DNA of 64,000 nucleotides from Octopus vulgaris (Eukaryota): contig OX597821.1 in NCBI GenBank assembly GCA_951406725.2, positions 42,160,001 to 42,224,000 of the forward strand. Reading direction: 5' to 3'. Of the stretch, positions 54,846 through 64,000 are shown piece by piece. Below the pieces are notes generated by a model. The model saw only the letters and a list, made by a program, of their open reading frames with translations. It was not told the origin of the DNA and did not search any database. Both the position numbers and the translations under genes were made by a program. The stretch's first letter is position 1, and every line of letters begins with the position of its first letter.

Positions 54846-57800
54846 ATCATCATCGTTTAACGTCCGTTCTCCATGCTAGCATAGGTTGGACGGTTCGACC
54901 GGGGATCTGGGAAGCCAGAAGGCTGCACCAGTCTCCAGTCTTATCTGGCAATGTTTCTACAGCTGGATGCCCTTCCTAACGCCAACCACTCCGTGATTGT
55001 AGTGGGTGCTTTTTACGTGCCACCTGCACAGGTGCCAGGCGAGGCTGGCAACGGCCACGGTCGGATTGGTGTATTTTACGTGCCACCGGCACGGAAGCCA
55101 GTCGAGGCGGCGCTGGCACTGGCATCGGCCACGAGTCGGATAGTGCTTTTTACGTACCACCAGACCAGGGATCCTGGCTGGTTCAATTCGATTTCGATTT
55201 CGCTTGCCCCAACATGTCTTCGCAAGCAAAGGGGGTTGGCATGGGTGCATGTCGTCGGATGAGGTTCTATATCGACTTCGCTTGCCTCAACAGGTCTTTG
55301 TGTCCAAGGGAGGAAAGGCATGCATAAGTGGGCTGGGCTCACTTGTCCTCCTGGTCTTCTCACGTACAGCATATTTCCAAAGGTCTCGGTCGCTGGTCAT
55401 TTCCTCAGTGAGGCCTAAAGTTCGGAAGTCGTACTTCACCACCTCGTCCCAGGTTTTCCTGGGTCTACCTCTTCCACGGGTTCCCTCAACTGCTAGGGAT
55501 TGGCACTTTCTCACACACCTATCTTCATCCATTCTCGCCACATGAACATACCAGCGCAATCGTCTCTCTTGCACACCACAACTGATGCTTCTTAGGTACA
55601 ACATTTCTCTTAAGGTACTAACGCTCTGTCGAGTATGTACACTGACATTACACATCCATCGGAGCATACTGGCTTCATTCCTCACGAGCTTACGCATGTC
55701 CTCAGCAGTCACGGCCCATGTTTCACTGCCATGTAGCATGGCTGTTCGTACACATGCATCATACAGTCTGCCTTTTACTCTGAGCGAGAGGCCTTTAGTC
55801 ACCAGCAGAGGTAAGAGCTCCCTAAACTTTGCCCAGGCTATTCTTATTCTAGCAGTTACACTTTCAGCGCATCCACCTCCACTACTGACTTGGTCACCTA
55901 GATAACGGAAGCTATCAACTACTTCTAGTTTTTTCCCCTGGAAAGTGACGGAAGTTGTTTTCTGCAGATTTTCGGAGGTTAATGCTCCCGAGCATCTGCC
56001 ACATACAAAAACTATCTTCCCAGTTAGCCTACCTTTGACATTGCTGCACCTCTTATGTGTCCATAGCTTACACTGGGTACATCTTATAGAGTTTCTACCT
56101 ACACCTTTTCTACAGATCGAGCAGGGCCATCTTCCTGAAGACATTTGTAGATTGTCTACCTTCCTACTTATTAGTACTTTGGTTTTAGCTAGGTTGACTC
56201 TAAGGCCCCTCGATTCTAAACCCTCCTTCCACACCTGGAACTTCTCCTCCAGTTCTGATAGTGACTCAGCAATTAGAGCAAGGTCGTCAGCATAGAGGAG
56301 CTCCCAGAGGCAACCTGTCTTGAATTCCTCCGTAATTGCCTGGAGGACTATGATAAATAGGAGGGGGCTGAGTACTGAACCCTGGTGGACCCCAACTTCT
56401 ACTTTGAATTCTTCTGTGTACATGTTGCCAACCCTTACTTACGGCATCTCTTACTTACGGCATCTCTGTACATGGCTTGCACAGCCCTCACCAGCCATTC
56501 ATCTATCCCTAGTTTCCTCATTGACCACCAGATAAGAGATCGGGGGACCCTATCAAAGACTTTCTCCATGTCAACGAAAGCCAGGTACAGGGGCTTATCT
56601 TTGGCTAGGTATTTCTCCTGCAGCTGCCTTACCAGGAATATAGCATCAGTGGTACTTTTCCCTGGCACGAAACCAAACTGCATCTCATCTAAACTAACTC
56701 TCTCTCTAATTAGTTGGGCTATGACCCTCTCCATAACCTTCATTACCTGATCCAACAGCTTGATACCTCTGTAATTATTTGTATCTAGGGCATCACCTTT
56801 ACCTTTGTAGCAATTGACTAGTATGCTGCTACACCAGTCATTGGGTATGACTCCTTCGTGTATCACCTGGTTGACTATACGGGTGACTAGGTTATAGCCG
56901 ACACTGCCAGATATTTTGAGCATCTCTGCAGTAATTCCTGATGGGCCTGGGGCTTTCCCTGTCTTCATGCTTCTAATTGCTTTAACTACCAAAGAATTTT
57001 CAACTCGGATGGCTGGTCCCTCTGTTGGGTTGACATTCAGCAGACTCTCTTTATCTCATTCATTTTCTTTATTCAGCAACCTTTCATAGTGGCATCTCCA
57101 AACCTCTCTCTTTGCATCCTCATTTAGCGCAAGTGAACCATCATCCATGCGAACACACTTCTCTCCTACCACATCACGATTCTCTCTCACACACTGTCTT
57201 GCAACACGAAATACCTCAAGTCTTTCATCCTCACGGCTCAGAACATTGGCAATTTTTTTCTTATCCGCTTCCCCTCTGGCTAAATAAACCTGTCTTCTAG
57301 CTTCCCTTCTGGCTGTCTGATACAATTCCCTGCTACCACCGTTCTTCAAGTCCTTCCAAGCCTGTCTCTTTTGTCTAATAGCCCTGTCAACCACAGTGTT
57401 CCACCACCATGTTACTCTGGGTCGAGATGGTACTTTGCTCCATCCACAGATCTGGTCAGTGGCTGTCAGCAGATTGTCCCGTAGAAATCTCCAGTTGTCT
57501 TCCACATTAAGTGAAGCTATATCCCCTTCTATTTCGTCAAAGGCTTCGAGTAGTATGTCTCTAAATCTCTGTCCATTTGCAGGATCTTTAAGCTTCCAGA
57601 CCCTTCTCCTCCAAGCTGGTCTTCTGGGCAACCATTTAGCTCTGATCCTGAAGTCGCTAACTACTAATCTATGTTGAGGAGTACATTCTTCGCCTGGAAA
57701 GGTTTTGGCATTTATAAGCAGCCCTCTTTCCCTTTTTCTGGCAAGGATGTAGTCAATCTGGCTAGTGTGTCTGCCAGAACGGTAGGTGACTAAATGAGAG

Positions 57801-57928
57801 GTGGGTTTCCTGAAGTTGGTATTGCAGACCATAAGGTCATAAGGTCATTTGCATCGCAGTGGTATTGCAGACCATAAGGTCATTTGCATCGCAGTGGTAC
57901 TGCAGACCATAAGGTCATTTGCATAGCA
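54846..57928 (-). mobile_element. Young 5'-truncated RTE-clade LINE (APE C-terminus, RT, 3' UTR, (GAT)n tail)
   Basis: ORFs 57056..57832, 56435..56992 and 55287..56423: SQIDYIL, QHRLVV, KAPGPSGI, NYRGIKLL, QFGFVPGKST, FVDMEKVFDRV, GVHQGSVLSP, LLYADDL, FRYLG and GRPRKTW. Confidence 0.95.
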
Positions 57929-57945
57929 TATATATATATATACAC

Positions 57946-57996
<51 letters not shown>

Positions 57997-58027
57997 TGCA
58001 CACACACAAACGCACGCACACACACAC

Positions 58028-58308
58028 ATAAACTCTTCTGGGAAGGTAATAGTTATAGAGTAGGGGATGTGGGCATACTTCTTGCAGAGAAATGGGTGGA
58101 TAAAGTCACAGAGGTAGTGAGAGGGTGTGCGATAGAGTACTTAAACTCAGGTTAGTCTTGCAGAATAGTATAGCTACAATTATCTCTGCCAATACCCCAC
58201 AAGCGGGTTTACTAAAAAACAGAAGGATCACTTTTATGATATTCTTCTGCAGACTACCTCAAAGATGATTGACAATGGTCTCATCTTTGTGGCTGGAGAT
58301 TTTAATTG
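58028..58308 (+). mobile_element. RTE APE-endonuclease fragment, inverted relative to the adjacent RTE
   Basis: KLFWEGN...VGILLAEKWVDKVTEVVR..DRVLKLRLVL...IISA..PQAG...FVAGDFN. Confidence 0.8.
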
Positions 58309-58329
58309 AAGAAAATATCTCACTAACTA

Positions 58330-59126
58330 TAGACCCCATAAGGGTAAGTATTCTCACCTCCCCATTTGGAGATGTGCAAATAAATTAATAAGTTGACATA
58401 AAAGAAGAGGATGTAATATCAGCCATTGATGAGATGAACTTGAAATCAGCAATGGGCCCTGAGAATTTTTTTAGTTCATCTTTTAAAGACATGCGAGAAA
58501 GCTCTCACAAAGCCTTTCCAAGTTTCCTTACCTGTGGCAAACTCCCTAAAATGTTAAAAAGAGGTATAATATGACCAATCCATAAAACAGAAGACAAAGC
58601 AGATGCTAAAAATTACAGGCCTAGCTCTCTGATTACACATACCAGCAAAGTCATGGAATGATTTGTCATAAGAAAGCTGATCATGTTCCTAGAAGAAAAT
58701 GACTTGGTCACTGACATGCAGATTAGCTTCCATCCAGGAAGAGTTGCCTTACATAGCTGCTATAGCATTGTAACTGGGTATTGAAACAATGGTTCAGCAA
58801 TTTAAATGTGGATGTGATATACCTTAGTTTTATAAAGACCTTCAATAAATGTCACAAACTGTCTGACCTTGGTCAGCTGAAAAAGTATGGGAATGACTAC
58901 AAGATTTTTTTAAATATTAGAGCCAGACAACAGCACCAGTAGTGCTCACTGTGAAGTCATCAACTCTAAGCAGAGTCCATCAGGAAACTGTATTAAAATC
59001 ACTACCATTTGTGGTGGCTCTTTCAGACATATTCTCTGTCATACAGTCAGCCACTCACATCAGCTATGCTGAGAAAACAAAAGTCTCATAGTATTCAAGA
59101 ACCCTGATGACAATGCAAAAAAGATG
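58330..59126 (+). mobile_element. Decayed CR1-like LINE RT fragment
   Basis: EEDVISAIDEMNLKSAMGP, PIHKTEDKADAKNYRP, KLIMFLEENDL and VDVIYL in shifting frames. Confidence 0.75.
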
Positions 59127-59140
59127 TGAATGCAATATAT

Positions 59141-59300
59141 ATATTTCTTTATTGCCCACAAGGGGCTAAACATAGAGGGGACAAACAAGGACAGACAAAG
59201 GGATTAAGTCGATTACATCAACCCCAGTGCGAAACTGGTACTTTATTTATCGACCCGACCCCGAAAGGATGAAAGGTAAAGTCGACCTCGGCGGAATTTG
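59141..59300 (-). mobile_element. 5'-truncated SINE B with TSD
   Basis: TSD tgaatgcaatatat at 59127-59140 and 59299-59312. Confidence 0.85.
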
Positions 59301-60049
59301 AATGCAATATATAAGTAGACTAAAAACCAGCATGCACATGCAGGGCTGGATTTATAGGTGGGGGGCAGATGGGGTAATTACTCTGGGCATCTAACAGATA
59401 TTGGGGGTCCCCTGCTATGAAGACTATGCAGCTTTCAATACAGGAAGGCCCCCCTCACCTCCCAACAATCTGGCATGAAGAGGCTCTCTTTCAAAATACA
59501 AAGGTATCTTGACATCTTAAAAAATGTAATGGACTCCCTTTTATAAATAACCATAGATTTTGTCACTTTAGAGACACCAATTGATTCAAGTAAAAAACTG
59601 TTTACTACACAGTCCCAAAGCATCTACAATTACTGAGGCAATTGTCGCTGCTTTTGGGACAACTATACAGAAAAGAGAAACAATAGAACACTCCTGAAAA
59701 TGTATGTCTGTATGTATCTGGAAACGATCACGCTCAGATGGTGCTCTTGGCACCCTACTAGCACTTGAATAGTGCACTTTTATGTGCCATTGCCACAGAA
59801 GCCGGTTGAGAGGAAAGTTGTGAGTTCCAACAATCATAAACTGTATGTTATATCTAAAGCTAGGTTCTGTGTTACCTGGTAACTAAGTGGGTCAGATGAG
59901 AAATGGAATGATTCAATGATAAAGTAACATGTTAAACAGAAATTGAAAAGCTGTTTGGAGTGGCTCAATGTTGAGATCAATTTTTTCATGACATAAAGCA
60001 TAATATATTTTTAAGTGATTCAAATTCATATATTATAAATATTAAACAC

Positions 60050-60113
60050 TTTATTGTACATCATGCATACATTCAATTTCTTTAAAATAAATTAATTTTA
60101 TCTTGAATTTATT
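60050..60113 (-). terminator. Candidate FXN polyadenylation signals (two AATAAA)
   Basis: tttatt on the plus strand at 60108-60113 and 60050-60055, just downstream of the stop codon. Confidence 0.55.
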
Positions 60114-60134
60114 AAAAGAAAATAAGAAAAACCT

Positions 60135-60273
60135 TCAATAAAAAGCACAGTCCATAAAAGAAATATCTGTTTTCATTATTGCTGTCATCTCTTTTTGCAG
60201 TAAGTCATGCAAACTGGTTCCATCACGTTTATAAATCCATTTGTTTCCTATAAAATCATAGCGTTTTGGTCCA
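60135..60273 (-). CDS. FXN: Frataxin, last coding exon
   Basis: Acceptor tctttctttttaacAG, then T GGA CCA: (S)GPKRYDFIGNKWIYKRDGTSLHDLLQKEMTAIMKTDISFMDCAFY*. This matches the frataxin C-terminus (human [26 protein letters not shown]). Confidence 0.92.
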
Positions 60274-60588
60274 CTGTTAAAAAGAAAGAGAGAATTATTA
60301 AAATAATATTTGAAGTAATTTTACTACAGTAAGAACTTTAACAATACTAAAACTTATTCAAGAGATATGAAAACCACAGTAAATATGCTCTCACACACAC
60401 ACACAAACACACACACACACGAAATAGATTATATCAAGGACATGTTGCTGTTGTTGTTGATCACTCTGATCATCCTATAGTCAAGCTATGACTATCCTAT
60501 TTTATTTTAAGATGTAGCATATATCTTAAACTACACTATTCAGTATAGAGTATATTTGCTTGTTCATTCAATAAGATTAAAAACTTAA

Positions 60589-60809
60589 CCCTTTCATTAC
60601 TGTATTTATTTTGAGATGTTCTGTGTTTCTTTCAATTATTTCAAATATAACAAAGAATTTAGTAAATTAACTTCGTTACCATTAAGCTAGTGTTAGGAAC
60701 ATAAATTTTAACTCAGATTTGGTGGAAGATTTAAATTCAAAACTTATGAAAACAAGACATTTATACTAAAGAGCCAGAGCCGGTTTCAGCTGGGTTGGTA
60801 ACGAAAGGG
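60589..60809. mobile_element. piggyBac-type MITE in the FXN intron
   Basis: TTAA-ccctttcattac ... gtaacgaaaggg-TTAA. Confidence 0.85.
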
Positions 60810-60936
60810 TTAAGGAATATGTCTCAGAAACTAAGAAACATTAAGTGATTAAAGTTAATCCTTACATGATTCATAGGGATCTATAGAGTTGTACTCAGTT
60901 CATTTAGATAATTACAATGAAATATATATAGATATA

Positions 60937-60989
60937 TCACCGTGACCGACCAGGCTATCAGATGATGCTACACATCGCTGGTCACAATG
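60937..60989 (-). mobile_element. Isolated SINE C type-2 tail
   Basis: atcaccgtgaccgaccaggctatcagatgatgctacacatcgctggtcacaatg is the reverse complement of 54677-54730. Confidence 0.8.
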
Positions 60990-61699
60990 GTTAGTCTATT
61001 TTCTATTTCCTCACAGTTAGATAAACTGAGACAGAGCAAAATTAAACTGTTTGTCTAGGGATATAGTGGTTGGTTTGTTTTAGTCATCTAGATGGCAGAA
61101 AGGGAACACTTAAGATTTCTCATTGATTAATATTATCAAGGCTAGGCAAGAAGGAGAGTCCAGAGAGGTGCATTTCAGGGGAGGAAAGGGAAAAGTATTT
61201 TGGGTAGAATTTAAAGGGATGAAATTAAAGATAACATGAGTAGATGCAGTTACACTGGGTGGACTTGTGCAACTGTAGTGTCGTCTGAGTTGCTGCTTCA
61301 GAGTGATAGAGATGAAATTACTCTGGTCATCTAGGTGGGTGTAGCAGGTTGCTGAATGAATCTTTAACAATTGGCTGAAGGCAAGAGCAACAATATTACT
61401 TTTTCCAAAAGTCTCAAGAGTGGGAAACCACTAATGTAAGAAAATCCCCAATAGATCTAGTTATAGAAATCATACTGGCAGTCATTGACACCTCAACATT
61501 GAATAAAGTAGTTATTAATAACTGTTTCTGTAACATTTGAGATGTTAGAAGTGAGAACAATAGAATAATAGTTGGTAGGATTAGGGAGTTTACACTTCTT
61601 AGCAATGGACACACTGATGCAACTTTCCATAGACTGAAATAATTTAAAGAGCTACTACTTCTGTTGGTAGCAAAGAGATTTCTCTGTTAGAGTGAAAAG

Positions 61700-62130
61700 C
61701 AGATGGCATGTTTATATATGAACAACAATGTTACAAGGTAGCAAGATGTGGGCTCCAAATGCAGAGGACTTGCAAAGACTAGAAAGAAATGAAGCTAATA
61801 TACTCTGTTGGATATGTAATGACAAAGTATATGAGTTGAGAGAAAAATAAAGAGTAAGAGGAATCAGGTGTAGTGTGCAAGAAAGAAGACTGCACTGGTA
61901 TGGCCATGTGATATGTATGGATAGAGACAGCTGTATAAAGAAATGTTGATTGCTTAATGTGGATGGAGCCTGTGGATAAGACAGACACAGGAAGACATGG
62001 GGCAAAAGTAGTGAAGGCTGATCTTAGGTCTTTGAACTTCACAGGGGAGGTGATAAAGGATTGTGATGACTGGTGATATGCAGTGCTTGAGAAAGCTCAC
62101 ACATCTTAGCAAAACCGACATTCTAGAAGC
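61700..62130 (+). mobile_element. Old RTE 3' fragment
   Basis: TTMLQGSKMWA..EDLQRLERNEA..VQERRLHWYGHV..RKTW. Confidence 0.8.
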
Positions 62131-62829
62131 AAGTGTATATATACAACTGGGCCCTTGCTCAATTTCCTTGTCAAGCCTTCCCTACCACCTCCATCTCTGT
62201 ATCGCTGATCCCTCCATCACTTCCCTAGCTGCAGCATTCTGCTGTTATAATTAAATATGAGCAGAACTACATATTTCATTTATCATCTTTTTCTGTGATA
62301 TCAGCTATCTTTCTCACTACCAAAGGCCTCTTCACTTGATAACCGTTCTTCATTCTTAACATTAACTCTCTCCATTCATATTTTACAGAAAATCTCCTTC
62401 TGTCTCTCCCTCTCCATTACATATCTTTCACTCTTTCCAAGTACTACATCTTTCTTTCTCCTCACACTCTTTGCAGCCACACATCATCTCCCTTTCTTTC
62501 ATGTGGGTATCACCAAAAGTAGCAGAGATTTGAAGTCAGAGTTTGTCCTCTCTTAGATGAGTTGTCTTCCCAGGGTAGTAATTCCATCAACCCAGCACAC
62601 TGGTCTTAAGGCATCAGCACCCACCTTCATTTCTTTTCCTGTCAACACAAACAGTTCCACCAGACTTAGAAGCTAAGTCAAACAACTAAACCCAAGGTCA
62701 GGAGTTGGGTTTTGTTGTCAGAGGCTGTTTGAAACATTTGTCACGAGAAGTGAGAACTTAACTCCACAACCACTTCTCAACTTGACGGAAGGAAAGAAAA
62801 AGGGACTAGGTAAGTACATAGTGAGCTTT

Positions 62830-62980
62830 TTACAATTTCTGCCAAACAAATTCCCTCAAAATGCATAGGCCAGCCTGAGATTATAATAGAAGACATTTCA
62901 TGAAAATGGTGCACATTGGGCTGACCCCCAAATCACTCAGTTAAGAAGTAAACTTCTTTACACAACTATGCCTGCACCTT
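62830..62980 (-). mobile_element. Heavily decayed SINE A 5' half
   Basis: Residual ataatagaagacattt...ctgaccccaaa...aaacttcttt...atgcctgcacct. Confidence 0.5.
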
Positions 62981-63188
62981 CACTTTCTTAATCACACAGT
63001 TATGCCCAATATATATACAGTGGGTGCATGGAGTGTCTGGATGAAATGACATAATTAACACACAAGGAATTTAATATTCAATCATGCTGTCATAAAAGTG
63101 TTAAATATGCAAGTCCATACAGTTTATTTTAACCCTTAGTATTAGTGGGTTTATAAGCAGTATTTGTGGATAGCTAAAGGTGATATGC

Positions 63189-63233
63189 AGCTGCTGATGA
63201 AGACTCCAAAGAGTCAAAACATATGTACAGCCA
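63189..63233 (+). ncRNA. Minimal hammerhead-like motif with a mutated GAAA box
   Basis: gctg CTGATGA a gactc-caaa-gagtc AAAA catatg ta cagc. Confidence 0.6.
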
Positions 63234-63536
63234 TCCCCACTTTTTCTGTCCACAAGTATATCATACAGATGAATTGCTTACAATCATTGCCATACAGCAT
63301 TGGCTAAAAATCCTATAGATATGATCTATAGCACGAATATATATATAATATATACTGTTATAATTAGTAGAAAGCTGCTAGTATATAAATTGGTTTGGTT
63401 AGTGTATCTGATTTTAGTTATTTAAATATGAAAATTTTCAGATGTATATCAAGAAGTACATTTGAATATCACTTATAATTAATATTAGCTATATACAAGG
63501 CAGCAAACCAGTAAAATCATTAGCCATTTGTCTTTA

Positions 63537-64000
63537 CATTAGATGTGGTGTGCAAGAGAGAAGACTGCATTGGTATGGTTATGTGGTGAGAATGGATGAG
63601 GAAAAAGTGCCACACCCTAGCCGTTGAGGGAACCTGTGAAAGAGGTAGAATCAGGAAGACCTGGGATGAAGTGGTGAAGCACGACCTTCGAACATTAGGC
63701 CTCACCAAGGAAATGACAAGCAACCGAGACCTTTGGAAATATGCTGTGCTCGAGAAGACCCAGCAAGCCAGATGAAACCATGACCCGTGGCCTATGCCAG
63801 GAGCATAACCAGCCCGCTTATGCGTAGCTTTTCCTTCTTTGGTCACTAAACTTTGCTTGCAAAGACCTGTTGTGGCAAGTGAAATCAAAATCAAAACCAT
63901 TTCGATGGCAGGCATCCGTGCTAGCGGAGCGCAAAGAGCACCATACGAGTGTGATCATTGACTGAGCGGCTATTCGAGTATGATCGTTACCAGCATCGCC
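63537..64000 (+). mobile_element. RTE 3' end and UTR (related to 54846-57928), running off the window
   Basis: CGVQERRLHWYGYVVRMDE..TLAVEGTCERGRIRKTWDEVVKHDLRTLGLTKEMTSNRDLWKYAVLEKT. Confidence 0.88.

Noticed and set aside
59341-59900. Possible hAT remnant (cagggc terminus); similar ends near 25030-25073 and 34608
   Set aside because: Only single termini are visible, with no paired TIR, TSD or clear transposase motif.
60300-64000. Upstream frataxin exon (expected YVINKQTPNKQIWLSSP)
   Set aside because: Not found by eye on the minus strand, and presumably outside the window.

Overview
Repeat-saturated eukaryotic genomic DNA. The SINE, LINE and microsatellite landscape suggests an octopus or other coleoid cephalopod (inference). 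The only host coding sequence I can support is the last coding exon of frataxin (FXN; minus strand, 60135-60273), which the ORF track misses. Its upstream exons appear to lie beyond the right edge of the window. The rest is microsatellites and transposable elements. These include three distinct R4/Dong-type REL-endonuclease LINE fragments, all embedded in trinucleotide microsatellites, plus RTE, CR1/L2-group and Tx1-like LINE remnants. Penelope-like elements occur with several minimal hammerhead-ribozyme motifs. There are also an amplified internally deleted mariner, Helitron, Helentron, Merlin-like and piggyBac-like non-autonomous elements, two candidate solo LTRs, and at least four tRNA-derived SINE families showing nesting, dimers, tail swapping and a 3' tail shared with a CR1-like LINE. 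Almost all long ORFs in the supplied track are microsatellite artefacts. I found no convincing wholly new system. The best leads are the hammerhead set, the microsatellite-targeted R4/Dong elements, the LINE-SINE tail pair and an RTE with a C-terminal C2H2 finger array. All family assignments come from motif recognition by eye, not database searches, and element boundaries are approximate.
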